The position numbers and the translations under genes were made by a program. 64,000 bases of DNA from Peribolospora baueri (Eukaryota): positions 1-64,000 of the forward strand of contig JAMDHS010000063.1 of the NCBI GenBank assembly GCA_029717555.1, in the 5' to 3' direction. The notes under the pieces are model-generated. The model saw nothing but the letters and a program-made list of their open reading frames with translations. It was not told the origin of the DNA and made no database searches. Position 1 is the first letter of the stretch; each line of letters begins with the position of its first letter. Shown here piece after piece: positions 37,506 through 50,630 of the stretch.

Positions 37506-38176
37506 TTCGGTCATCGTCTTTGCGTCGAGGAGGAGAGGAGAGGGGCCGAGCAGTACCAGACCAGTGGCCGTCGTGCGGTCTCATTTCTATGGGAGTCGGA
37601 ATCGGAACGGGGAACCGTGACCGTTGGCGGCGGAGGGACACGCTTTGTCTCTTTCTTTCTTTCTTTCTTTCGACCTCGCGCCCTTGCGCCTTCGTCTTCT
37701 ATCCTTGCCTGCCTGTTACCCGGACCTCGCTTGATAACCTCGCACGCATCATCTGTTGTTCGTCGCACTGCATCCTCATGGAATGGATTTCCTCCAAAGC
37801 CAGCGCCTGCCCCGAGCCCCCGTCTCGCCCACGACCACGTGGACGTCCGGCTCGCATCACGTGCCCAGGTCAATCGTCTATTACGTTTTACGCGGTGTCG
37901 CTTGCCGCTCGCCCCAATGGGTGACGCTGCTGCGGCAAGCTGGCTTTTCTCGGCCGTCTCCGTCCCCAGCGGTTCATCCATCGAGCGCCGGACGGACGGG
38001 AAGGAAATATCGATAGCGACGAGGAAGCGACTTCTTCTTCTTCTCTCACCACCATCTCCTCCTCCCTCCTCCTCATCCCGGCCACCCAGGCCCGTCGTAC
38101 GCCCTTCCGTCCGTCCTTCTCCTCGGCCCTCTCCTCATCCTCTCCTCGCCCTCCACCTTTCTTCTCGCCGCTCGCC

Positions 38177-39973
38177 ATGTCCGCCCGACTCGCCTTCTCG
38201 CGCCTCTCGGCGGCCTCTTTGCGCTCCCGCTCTACCCCTTCGCGCCTGCTCAACACCTCTTCTCGACTCGCGCCCACCCTCTCTTCCGCCTCCGCCTCTT
38301 CCTCCTCCACCCCTTCCTCCGCCGCTTCGCTCTCCCCCTTGGCCACCCGCCTTACCGCTCTCCCTCGCGCTTCTTCCTCTGTTCCCTCCACCAAGAGGAA
38401 TGCCTCCACCGATGGCACAAAGGGCTCTACCATGACCGTCCGTGACGCTCTCAACTCGGCCATGGAAGAGGAGATGCTGAGGGATGACACCGTATTCATC
38501 ATGGGCGAAGAAGTCGCCAGGTACAACGGAGCTTACAAGGTGCGTTTCTTTACGTCCCCTTCCTTGCCCACGGAGCTCCTTCGCTTGCACCAATGTGCAG
38601 TCGGCAACACCATGTTTGCAGTTGTCTTGCGAGGGCCGCTCCGAAACCTGACGTGTCTGCGCATTTCTGTGTTCCCCTCGCCCTTTAAATCCGGCTTTAA
38701 CAGGTCACCAAGGGCCTCCTCGACAAGTTCGGCGAGCGCCGGGTGATCGACACTCCCATCACTGAAGCCGGATTCGCCGGTCTCGGTGTCGGCGCCGCTC
38801 TGGCTGGCCTCAGGCCCGTCGTGGAGTGTGAGTTGGCTGACCGGATGTTGTATGCGGCTGTCGCCGTTGTCGTTTTTTTTGGCCTTTGCCTCCCCGCGCT
38901 CCCCTTATCCGTGCAAACACCGTGCAAACGCCGCCGTGCTCACTCCGCTCCACCGTTGTTGCCCACTGCAGTCATGACCTTCAACTTCGCCATGCAAGCC
39001 ATCGACCAGATCGTCAACTCTGCTGGAAAGACCTACTACATGTCCGGCGGCAACGTGCCCTGCCCCATCGTCTTCCGCGGTCCGAACGGCGCCGCCGCCG
39101 GTGTCGCCGCTCAGCACTCGCAGGACTACTGCTCGTGGTACGGTCAGATTCCCGGCCTTAAGGTCGTTAGCCCCTGGAGCGCTGAGGACTGCAGGGGTCT
39201 GCTCAAGGTGAGCGAACGCCCTCGCGGCTCTTTCGGGTCTCGACGTCTCGGACGGTCTTTGTAGCTCATTTTGATTTTCCCTCTGCTCGTCTGCATCCAC
39301 CCAGGCTGCTATCCGGGACCCGAACCCGGTAGTGTTCCTGGAGAACGAAATCCTGTACGGCCACTCCTTCCCCATCTCCGCCGAGGTTCTCTCTGAGGAT
39401 TTCACTCTCCCGATCGGCAAGGCCAAGATTGAGAAGCCGGGCAAGGACATCACTATCGTCGCTCACTCGCTCATGGTCTCTCACTCCCTGGCCGCCGCCG
39501 AGGCGCTCGAGAAGGAGGACGGCGTCTCCGCTGAGGTCATTAACCTTCGCAGCATCCGTCCTCTGGACCTCAATACTATCATTGAGAGCGTCAAGAAGAC
39601 GAACCGGTGAGTTTGCGAGAGAAAAAAGAAGTCGTGCGATGCGAGCGTCCTGATAGCACCCATCCTGTCTCCGCATATAAACTTTGACATACTCATCGCC
39701 CACCCACCCCTCTCGTCTTCTCCTCGATGTCCTTCCTTCCTTATTCTTAACAGGCTCATGATCGTCGAAGGCGGCTTCCCCAAGTTCGGCGTGGGCTCCG
39801 AAATCTCCGCGCAGATTGCCGAGTCCGAGGCATGGGACTATCTCGATGCGCCAGTCGAGCGCGTCACGGGTGCGGACTTGCCCACACCGTACGCGGCGCC
39901 GCTTGAGAACCTTGCTTTCCCGAACCCCGACATTGTCAAGAGGGTCGCCTTGCGCGTCTTGTACCGGTCGTGA
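38177..39973 (+). CDS. PDB1: Pyruvate dehydrogenase E1 beta subunit
   Basis: [96 protein letters not shown]. Confidence 0.98.
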
Positions 39974-40469
39974 GCGAGTGGACGGCCAGTGATGGGTGTG
40001 CCACTGTTAGAATGAGCGAGGGCCGTAGACGCCGTCTGTTGAACCACCTCGTCCGGGTTGATGTCTTGGCTAGACTAGGCTAGGATTGCAGGGTAGTTGG
40101 GACGGATGACATTGTGAAGCGTATGAGTGCCGCGACGGCTGATGGGACCGGTCTGGCTAGTCCAGAAAGCGCATCGTCGTCCCTTCTCGACGGGTGTCGA
40201 TTGCCCGCGGGGCGAACATCTATCGGTCGTCCGCAAAAGTTGCAGTTCCTACGCGTTTACCGTGCTGTCCTACGCTCCCTTTTTTCTAACGGTAGGCTGG
40301 CAATCTAATCTGCGTTTTTTGAGCAATCGTCCCTTGAGTGTCCCGATGAGATACCCATCGTCGTCCTGATCCAAGAAGGTGTCGAACCGACTGAGCCCAT
40401 GCCCCATGCACACCGTACGCAGGGGTGCCCATGCAAGAGAGCTCAAGAGAGGATTTGACGCATCCCAGT

Positions 40470-40505
<36 letters not shown>
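40470..40505. repeat. Poly-G tract (36 nt), G-quadruplex-capable
   Basis: Homopolymer run between PDB1 and the TBCC gene. Confidence 0.9.
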
Positions 40506-40506
<1 letters not shown>

Positions 40507-41253
40507 AGGAGAACGTGGTGTGTGGATATGAGTCGCGCGGACACCCCAGACGGGACGGGCAGACAAAGAATGTGATGCGAGCACGTCCACGCCACAGAGC
40601 GCAGGCTCAAATCGTCGTTTCGTTTGCTTGCTCTCGGGTGGCCCAGACAGTGTTGCGGAATGTGGACGCTTAAAAAAAATAGGTTGGCCGGCAACGTACC
40701 AGCGTCTCGTCCGAGAGCCCGGTGAACTACGCCTTCCTGCCTGAGCTTTCACCAGCGGCGACGGCAGCTTGACAACGACTATCAGCGTCGCATTCCACAA
40801 CATCATAGACGGTCTGAGAAGGGCTCGGAAACTTTAAACGAAACGTTTGCTTATCTCATCCTGCAGCTCTTAAACGGAGAAGGAGGGATCCCTTCCATCC
40901 TCCCTCCTTCACGTCGACCGTGCCTGAGCCCAGAAGCGCCCGCCAGAGCTCGCAACCGCACATTCTGCGCGAGCTGGTGGTTGGGAGAGTCTCGTTGGCA
41001 TTCAAGGGACGGCTGCAGCTGCTCTAAAGGCTTGAGGTCGTGTTCCAAGGGAGAAGAGCGAGCAGAGGCCATGCGTCGACGGTGGGCGGACGGGGGGGAA
41101 AGGTTCTTCTTGCCTGGACATCCAGCACGGCCAGAGCATGATCGACGTGACGTCACCCGATCTTCCGGCCTTCCGGCCTTCCGCTGTCCTTTCCCTACCC
41201 GTGTACATCAACCTCATCTCGCTCGTCATAGGCCGTTCCCGAGCCCAACCGCC

Positions 41254-42893
41254 ATGTCCTCCAACGTTGTTTCGGCGGGAGGCTCCAGCTTGACGAGCGC
41301 CGCTCGCGCTCAAGCCTTCTTTGACGACTTCCACGCTAAACGGGCCGGTGAGTCCGCCGAGCTCTTTCCCAAGCGCGAGTACGGCGGAAGGTGGGCGGGA
41401 CGGCTGACGCCTCACCGAAAACTCCTCCCCTGTTCGACTTTCCTTCGCGCCTCCTTCGCTCGCCCGTTGTTAAAAAAAGCCCTCCAGAGCAGATTGGATT
41501 CCGAGGTCACGCCCTCTTCTCCTCACGCTCAGCAGGCACTCTCCCAACTTGTAGTGGAGGTCGCGCAGCTGCGAAATGACCTCACGGACGCCGTCGTCTT
41601 TTTGCCCACGTATGATCAGGGCCGGTATGAAGTGGTCAGGTCCGCTCCCCTCTTTCTGTCGCGCTCATCTGCTTGCGATGATTTGACATATGTACACGCC
41701 AGCTGACGCGGTCCTACGACCTGTTGCACTTGCATTACCCACGGCACGACATCCACCTTGTAGCAAGTGAAGGAGCTAGAAAAGCTCATCGACAATCGGC
41801 GCGCCACGCTCACTCCGAAGACGAGCTTTTCGTTCAGGCGAAAGGCGCCAGCGGCTGCCACGGGTTCCTCGAGGTCTTCTCCGGGCTCGGTCACCACCTC
41901 CAGGCTAACTTCACCGGCTTCTTCGAAGGTAGAGGAGACGAGCAGGACGACGACAACTGCGGCGGAAGCGGCGATGAGCTCGGCACACCTCACGCTGAGC
42001 AAACGCGACGAAGTGACCCTCACGTTGAACGATCTGAACCTGCCGTCCCGCTCGTACGACGACGGTACGTCGACTCCGCCGTCAGACTTGACCATCTCCG
42101 ACCTACGGTCCTGCACCGTCAACCTCTTCCCGTCAAGCAGTAATGCTTCCTCATCTCCGGTTGCCGGCGCCGTGACGAGGAGAGTGCCGGAGATCTCGGC
42201 GCTGCATGTCAGCGGCTTGAAGGGGTGCACCGTGGTGGCCCCGTTTGTGAAGGGCAGCGTAATGCTCCATCAGTGCGAGGATTGCCTTTTCGTCCTCGGA
42301 TGTCGTCAGGTGGGCATGGCCATTCGAAGGCTACGTACAGCCGCTCTCCAACCAGCCATTTGTCCTTGAAGGCGGCACCGTCGCTCAACGAACAAATGCC
42401 TACTTCCCCTCTCCCCTCTTCCTTGACTCTGCTAGTTCCGAATGCACTCCTCCACCAACTGCAGGATACACCTCCTGGTGCCAAGCCATCCGATCGTGGA
42501 GCACAGCTCAAACCTCCGATTTGCTCCATACCCCGCACAGCTGTCACACGAGAGGGTCGCCGTGGACGGCGATGGCGATGGTAGCAGCGCCGAGATGGAA
42601 GTGCAGGTGGGCCTCGTCCTCCGGAGCTGCTTTTTCCTGATCCGGCCGGCTCGTTTCGCGTGCCAGCCTTGGACGTAAAGAACCCACAACGCCCGTCCTC
42701 TCTTTCTTCTTTCTCATTCACGTCTACGTCGCACACGCCCAAAAAGCCGTCTCAGTCGAAGCACCACGAGATTCAAGACTTTGACTGGATCCGTTCCACG
42801 CCCTCTCCGAACTGGCGGGCCATGTCCGAGGAGGAGGCGGAACTAGGTGCCAAGGCGGCGGAGAGGGTCTTGAAAGGGGGGAGAGAGCCGTAA
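41254..42893 (+). CDS. Tubulin-binding cofactor C (TBCC/Cin2-like)
   Basis: N-terminal helix with FLPTYDQ, PKTSFSFRRK, beta-helix (DLTISDLRSCTVNL; ALHVSGLKGC..VKGSVMLHQCEDCLFVLGCRQFRMHSSTNC..SHPIVEHSSNLRFAPY), IQDFDWIRSTPSPNW. Confidence 0.92.
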
Positions 42894-43529
42894 GGATGGG
42901 GCCCTCTTCTAGCCGCTTGTCCGAGGTCGAGAAAGGAAGGCTCGGGCGCGCTCCCGTGAACGTGCGCCTCCGCCGCCCGCTGTCCATCGTCGGAGCCTGT
43001 TAGCCTTCTCCAACGTTGCTTTTGAATTGTCGGAGGGAGTCGCTGTCATTCGTGTGCTTTCCGGCCGAAGAAATAAGACGAGGGCCTTCCATGGCCCGTG
43101 TCGATGACATGCAAAGAACCGTTACGAGAGGGCCGACCGTCGAATGTTTCGCAGCTGGTGTCAGCTTCGGTGTTCGACGGCAGTGCAGTTCAGCCGGCAA
43201 ACACGGATATCACGATTGGCTCCACCAGGGCTCTGGCGCACGGGAGGCAGTGCACCTAGTGCACTATCGTCCCCAAGTCACGGTGGCCGGTTCTAGTGGA
43301 TTCTCCGGGGAGTGAATAAAAAGCCCACGAAAGGGGCAACGGCGAGTCAGTCGCTCCTGACACCCACCCCCCCTCCCTACACTTGATCCGGTGTGGAGTA
43401 CCACGTGCCACCGTTCCGCTCTTCCGGCACAGCTTAGCATCGCATCGGGATAGATAGATAGTCTTGGCTCTCTCTCCCTTCGGCCAACGACAGCTTCCCC
43501 CGCTTGGCCCCCCCCCCCCGGTGCACGCC

Positions 43530-45407
43530 ATGTCGAGCCCGCCGACGTGGAAAGAAGGCGTCGAGCGCACTTTCCAATCGCTCTTGGATGACGCCGTGTC
43601 GCAAGGAATAGCGCCCGGCGTCGCTGCCGTGGTGTTCGATCGGGAGAGGATCGTGTTCAACGGCGTGGCCGGCAAGAGCGAGGCGGCGCCGAACGGGGAC
43701 GAGGGCGAGCCGTAGAGGCGGGAGAGCGTGATGTGGATGGCAAGCTGCACCAAGCTGTGCGTGTCGGTGCTCGTTCTCCAGATCCTCGAGAGGCGCTCCT
43801 CGAAGACCGGCTTCTCGCTCGCCGACCTGGACGACCACGAGAAGCTGGTCGAGGTGCTTCCAGAGTTCCGACACGGCAGCGGTTCGCTCGTCACCAAGAT
43901 CATCGACGGCTTTCACGATGCGCCGGGCGCGGACGGCAAGGGAGTGATGAAGCTCAGAGACGTTCGGGGAAAGGTCACGCTCCGGCAGTTGCTCACCCAT
44001 TCTTCCGGGCTCGCCTACGAATGGGTCTCGCCGCACATAGCCGAGCTGGTGAGCACGAAGAGGTCGTCGATGTGGGCCAGCTCGTGGCGTGGGTATATGA
44101 GGACCGACGACGGCGTCTCCCTCTTTTCTCCTCCCTCCCTCTTTTCCCCACCGCTCTCTCTTCTTGACCCAGGTCCGCCCGACGGACGGCAGCGAGCCGC
44201 TGTTCTCGTCGTCTGCCGCCAGCGGGGCCATACGCGACTTTACGCTTCCGCTGGTCGAGGAGCCGGGCAACAAGGTCGTGTACGTGGTTTTCCATGGAGA
44301 GGGAAAAAGCGAGAGAAGTTTATGGGGCCGCACACCATTTCCCCCCCCCCCCCCGCATCGAGCTGATCGATCCATCCGCTCGCGTTCCCCCAGGTATGGC
44401 TGTTCGACAGACTGGCTAGGCCAGTTCGCGATCCGGTCGACGGGCAAAGACCTGCGCACGCTCTTCCGCACCATGCTCTTCGACCCTCTCGACCTCCCGC
44501 TGTCCGAGATCGACATCTGGCTCAACCCGGAGCTGGCGCCCAACCGGGCGGGCATACATGTCCGCGCGCCCTCGGGACTCGAAGGGGGAGCGGGGGCCGA
44601 CGGCATGTTCTTGCGCATCAACTTTGAAGTGTATAACACGGAGGGCGAGCCGCCAAAGGGGTATGCGCATTTCGCGAGCGCATGCATCCACGCGACCGTG
44701 CAGGCCTACGCGAAGATCCTCCAGGCCGTGCTGAGGCACGACGGGCGGCTGTCGCTGAGCGAGGAGACGTGGCGAGCGGCGGAGAGGGACGACGTGACGG
44801 AGCGCGGGATCGAGGTGCCGGCGCCGCTGTGGAAGACGAACATCGCAGACATGTCCTACGAGCGAGTGTTGTCTTTCTTCTCATCTTGCACCGGGTCAAG
44901 GTCCCCTCCCGTACGCTCGACCTACCGACGCTGACACCCGCTCACTCACTCACTCAGCCTCAACGAATTCGCCACACCAGGCACGGACAAGTCTGGCCGA
45001 AGGGGATTCAACCTGCTACAGTGCCACGTCGCCAACGCGCCAGTGAGTAGTGGAACGATGAACTGACTGACCAGACGGAGGTCAAGATCGACATCGAGAG
45101 AAATCTCATCCCCGTTGTTATTTTCTTTCTCAAACCCGACCCTGCTTGCCCCGTCATCCCCGCCCCACATGCACGTCCACCAACTACTTCGAACGAAATC
45201 AATCGGACGGACGACTGACAGACCGCGACCGGCCGCGCGGCAAGCTCGTACGGCTGGGCGGGCCTAGCGAACCAATTCTTCTTCCTCGACCCCGTGACAG
45301 GGTTGGGAGGCGTGTTCGGGACGCAGCTTCTGCCCTTTTGGGATCCGCTGATGGTACGGTGGAAGGACGAGTTCGAGAAGGCGGTGTATGACGCTGTCGG
45401 ACGGTGA
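43530..45407 (+). pseudogene. Beta-lactamase-fold serine hydrolase/transesterase (LovD/EstB-like) with a single in-frame TAG at 43713-43715; nonsense allele or recoded gene
   Basis: GIAPGVAAVVFD...EP*RRESVMWMASCTK (SxxK), VTLRQLLTHSSGLAY, PLVEEPG..VYGCSTDWLG, GRAASSYGWAGLANQFFFLDP..G..GTQLLPFWD; five exons in continuous frame, including GC-AG intron 44862-44957; TGA at 45405-45407. Confidence 0.8.
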
Positions 45408-47029
45408 AGGACTGAACGAAGGGAACTGTCATGAATTCTGCAGGTACATATAGCTTCTGGGATATGTCAGTAGCTAGACTGACCAAAAGTGTGCCCTTTG
45501 CTGGCCTAGATAGATTGTGTTTCCTAGACTCAATCCTGACAGGAACGCTGGTCTGGTCTGTTATGAGCTTGGGGGTAGGTCACCATTCCGATGAAACCGA
45601 GAGGCGCACCAAAGTACGTACATGCGCACACGTATGTTCCAGAGGTTGGGACGAGGAAAAAGCTCGAAGAAACATCGTGACACTCGACGACGACGACGGA
45701 CCGACGGACTTACCTGGTACCTATCGTCGCAAGGCCGATCCGATCGGATCGATGACCGATTGATCGTGCAGAGCAATCCGCCGGAGAAACGCATCGCATC
45801 GCATGGCGCGTCAAAGCTTGCCTACTTGGACCATTCCACGCGGTGTCGCGGTCGGCAAGCGCGGCTCGCCGTCGGGCAGAAAACGCCCAATCTAAAAATA
45901 ATCCGTTTCGTTGATTGACGTTCCGACGACCGGCCGACCGGCCGTCAGACGAACTGGGTGACCGAATGAACGGACGAGGGACCATCAAGGGTGAGTGAGG
46001 AGCTGCAAGAAAAACGACAGTAGGAAGCGCGTGCGGTGAGCTGGGAGGCGGCGCAGTTAAGAATCATCAGTTCAGATCGACAGCAGGTGCAAGGAGCCAA
46101 GGCAAGGCTGGCTGGCAACAAAGAAAAAACTTGAAAAAAAAGGGGGACGTCGAGAGGACGAGGTAGCGGCGTGGAAAACCTGGAAAAGCAAAGAGCGAAT
46201 GAGCCGACGATCAGCAAACCCAAGTTTGGGGGCGGGGGGGGGGGCGTTTTCCTGGATGAAGGACCGATGGCGACCGTCCGCCGCCCCGTGGAAAGGCGGG
46301 GATCATGCGATCCGATTCCCTCGGTCCGTTTCAATTTGGGCCTATCGTGAGGGGCTTGTAGGGGTAGGTGCGGCGGGGAGGGACGGAAGGAGAAAAAGAT
46401 AAACAGAAAAAGAAGGGAGAAGAAGGGGAAGGGGGGAGGATGCGTTTCCAAATAGGTGCTGAAGGCCGAAGAAAGGGAAGGTGAAGATCGTGGAAACTAC
46501 GCCGGAACAACTACACGTACTGCTGCTGCTGCTGTTACTGGGCGACCCCCGCAAGGAGGGGTGGGTGGACTGGGATGGAAAGGCAGAGTAGAGAGGGAGA
46601 GGGGCGAAAAGGAAAAAGAAAAAGAAAATCGAGAACGGAGAAGAACGAGAAGCGTCGACAGATCGGATATAGGCTACAAGGTCGCCGACCGGACCACCGA
46701 GGACTAGCCCAAAAGCGAGAAGACAGGAGGATGTGTAGGGACGAGAGAGGGGAACGGAGATGTGACGGAGCCGTTCGTTGGATCGAGTCGGACTGGATTG
46801 GACCGGACCGGATAGGATCGAATTAGGGGAAATGGTGACGGTTGGATGAGACGGGAGAGGCTGGAATGGATGCTAGGACAGAGGAAACGGTGTGTTTGAT
46901 TGAGGGTCGTCGAAGGAGTCCGTGAAGGAGACAGGGATGGAGGAGGGAATGTTGCGAGAAGAGGAACCGCCGACGAGACGAGAGCTTGAGAAACACCTCC
47001 TTGCCCGACAGAGGGCGGACAAAGTGAGA

Positions 47030-48683
47030 TCATGCGGTCACCGGCGTGGGGGTGGCGGCGGCCGCGGCGTTGGGGCGGGCGGCCAAGCGTGCGGAACGGA
47101 TGAAGGGACGGAGGGGACCGCCCGTCCTTTCGAGGGCCTTCCACGCAAAGTAGCGATCGTACCACTGCGAAACGGTATAGTAACTAGAAGGTGGCGTGGC
47201 GGGGCGAGTCAGTGAGCGTCCGACATGAACGAACGGTGGCACTGACGGGACGGACGGAGCAGAGGTCGGACGGTCGTGCACTCACAGCAACGCCCTCCAA
47301 CCAAAGGTTGTACGGATCTCGTTCATGACGTTGGCGAGATCGGCTGAGGTAGAGAGAGGGATGACGGTGAGAAAGAGTGGCCACGACGAGAGAGAATGCG
47401 CGGCGACTCACCGGTCATCTCGCCACGAAGGTTGAGGAAGTCGCCGGTGCGATCGGTGAGGACGGCGGCGACTCCCCACCTGCTGGCCTCGATCATCTCA
47501 TCGCGGCGGTTGACGGTCCAGACGTAGAGGTGCTTCTTGCCGTCCTTACACCTGCGAATAAAGTCCTGGCCGGCGGGGGTGATGAGGGTCTTGAAAGCGA
47601 TGGAGAAGCCGTCGCAGTCGTCCCAGAAACACGTCTGGGCGAGGTGGAGGCTGATGCCGATGAAGATGCGGCGAAGGAAGGGGACGATCTCGTTGGCAGG
47701 GCGGATGAACTTGGGGTGCCAAAGACCGAGGATGATGCGCGGCGCCAGCGTCGTCTCCCACTCGTCATGCGAGGCGACGACCTCGGCGATGAGTTTGAAG
47801 AGGCGCTCCGGGTCGTTCTCCGGCTTGACGTCGACCTGTGATGAGGGGAGGAGAGATTCAAAGTTGAGGATGAGCACGACGACGGGCAGGCGGGTGACGG
47901 AGGAGAAGGAAAGGGACTGACGTTGAGGCTGACGTGTCGGCAGTCGGGCCTCATCAGGAGGTCGATCGTCTCCTTGAACGTGGGGATCTTCTGCCTGGGC
48001 TCCTGCCTGGTGTAGAGTTGGTCAATGTTCTCGGCGTAGGCCTGCTCGTTGATCTTGCCGGTGCCGTCGGTGGTCCGGCTCAGGTCGGCGTCGTGGAACA
48101 TGAGGATGACGTCGTCGTTGGTGATGTGGACGTCTGGAGAAGGGGAGGGGGGGGGGCAAGCCGAGGCGAGGCGAGGCCAAGCCAAGAGGTCGGGCGCGGG
48201 CGAGGACGGGTAGGGCACAGAGGACGGGGCGCACCGCGTTAGCTGGGCGGGGGCCCCGCCTGCCCTAGCTAGCCAGCACTGGCGCGACGAAGACGAGAGG
48301 AAAGCCAACCGTCCGTGGGCCTCTATGGTAGAGACATAGGGCGAGGACGGGGCGAGGAGAAGGCGGAAGGAAGGAGAAAGGTAGGGGACGTGGTAGAGTC
48401 CGCTACGCACCACTCTCGATGCCCTCCGCGCCGTCCCGAATGGCGGCCTCGAAAGAGGCGAGCGTGTTCTCCGGGAACGTTGCCGAGGCCTGTCGAGGGC
48501 GACAGGGAAGAAGAGGGAGGACGGGTGAGTCGGGGGGCATACGGGACGGTGAACGGCGTCGTCGACGAGCACGGCCACGCCGAAAGGCGCAGCACTCGGC
48601 TCGACTCGACTCGACTCGACACTCACGCCACGGTGGCCCCAGCACAAGGGGAGCTGGTTGGTGGTGGTCTTCTCGTCGGACAT
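47030..48683 (-). CDS. PGC1: Glycerophosphodiester phosphodiesterase (Pgc1-like phosphatidylglycerol phospholipase C)
   Basis: CWGHRGASATFPENTLASFEAAIRDGAEGIESDVHITNDDVILMFHD; VDVKPENDP; RIILGLWHPKF; VWTVN...VLTD; aromatic/hydrophobic C-terminal segment. Confidence 0.88.
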
Positions 48684-49520
48684 GGTGTCAGAGGGGATGG
48701 TAGAAGGGTGGAGGGTGGAGCGGCAGGTGGTGGGCGATAGGGGCGTTTGGAGGGGAGGGGCAGGGGTTCTATACGACGGCGGGGGGTGCGAGAGAGAGAG
48801 AGAGAAAAGAGGCGAGGTCTAGACGGAATCGAATCGGTTCAAAACATAAGACGCCGTTGGGTGGCCGTTTGCCGTTGGATGGCCGAGCCAGAGGGAGAGG
48901 GCGACCTTTTTATTAAGTGGTGTACGAAATGGGCATGGGAGTGCCGAAGCAGGGTTAAGGGCAAGCAAGCTCTAAAAGGGGGCGAGTGGGCAGGGCGGAT
49001 GGATGGTGGTGGGAGAGAGAGAAAGGAGAGACTCACTGGGAGGAACGTGCCAGGCGGTTTGAGAGGAGCACGTTGCGCGATCGCAATCAACGCATCCGGC
49101 GGCGTCTTTCATCGACACGTGCGGCCGCCGAGAGCCAAGAGGATTGAGAAGAAAGAGACTCGAGATGATGAGCCAGCGAGGACGTAGATGAACAGACCAG
49201 ACCAGCAGACCACACCACAGCAAGCCGACGCGGTGGCGAGTCAGTGGCAACGGGAGGACCCTGCTATCGGCGCGGGTGGAGACAAATCCGGCATCGCAAA
49301 TGACTACGACCACTTTCAAGCAGCCGCTTAGAAGACCAGCAAAGCAGATGCATAGATAGAAGATAGATAGACGCTGTCTGATAGACCTGGCCGACCGGAC
49401 CGGACCGGGGCTGCCCGCCCACTCGTTCGTTCCCGTCCTTATTTTTATTCCAGCCGAAGCGACGTTTCAGCGAGACACGGCGCTGGCTCGACGTCTTCTG
49501 TCTCCATGTACAGCCGGTCC

Positions 49521-50630
49521 ATACATACATACATACATACATACGTGTGGAGCGTCTGTCTGTCTCGCCCGTCACCCCGTCGTATCCAGTCACATACATG
49601 CCCCGTTACTAACTCGCCGACTGCCGACCGCCGACCAACCAGCTTGAAGCGCCGAGACGGCCCACCTCGGCGAGGAGGCGGTTGTCCTCGTTTCGCCAGC
49701 AAGGCAGCTGTGCGAGGCGAGGCGAGTGTCGTGTCGTATGCGAGTCCGCCGGCGAGACGAGACCATCGTGACGGGACGGGACGTCTCGGAGACGACGATG
49801 ACGATGACGACGACGACGACGACGAGAAGAACGCAACGACGGCCAGAGCGCGGCGCCAACGCTTTCGGAAACGCGGGGGCGAACGGGACACCCAACCCGC
49901 CCGGTTTCTTTTCGTCCATCAACAAGGTCACTTCACTTCACCTCACTTCACTTATCCCCCCCAGCTTAGCGACGCGCTTATCGCAAATCCAAACAAACCC
50001 CGTCTTCCTTTTCCTTTCCTCGGGCCGGGAGCGCCGCAGCGCCGCAGCGCCGCAGGGGCAAACGGCGGGGGCAGACGACGGGAGCAGAGGCGGAGGCGAA
50101 AGCGGAGGCGAACGCAAAAACGCAAAAGTGGAGCGGTCGTGGAGCGGTCGTGGAGCGGTCGTGTGTGGTGTGCGGCGCAGGCGGTCATGGGCCACGCCAC
50201 GTATCAAGCGGCGTCAAGAAAGAGAGAAGGAAGGAGAGCGAGCGGTCGATCCGGGGACCAGAGAAAGAGAGAGAAAGAGAGAGAAAGAAAGAAAGAGAAA
50301 GAGAAAGAGAAAGAGAAAGAGAGAGAGAGAGTGGCGGGCGAGAGAACAACGGCTGGGACGTGACAACCGTTCGACCGTCGGTCTCTTTGTCCGGCGACTT
50401 GGCATCCGCGCGTGCCGCTGCTTGTTCGAAGCACATCTACCTAGACAGGCGCGACCCAAAGACGTCCATCTTCGTAGGGACGCCGCGTTTCTTCGTCAGC
50501 TGACTTCCTAACAAAAGACTCGCATCCAGCCCTCGATGTGCGTGCGTGCGTGCGTGCGTGCGCTGACTTGGGGCAACATTGCTCCAACGGCAGCGCAAGG
50601 CAAGGCAAGGCAAGGCAAGGCAAGCAAAGG
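49521..50630. repeat. Microsatellite-rich intergenic region: (ACAT)n, (GAC)n, (GTGGAGCGGTC)3, (AAAGAG)n, (GCGT)n, (GCAAG)n
   Basis: Directly visible simple repeats. Confidence 0.85.

Noticed and set aside
40270..40806. 178-aa minus-strand ORF spanning the poly-G tract
   Set aside because: Depends on the homopolymer, has no recognisable domain and no convincing splice structure.
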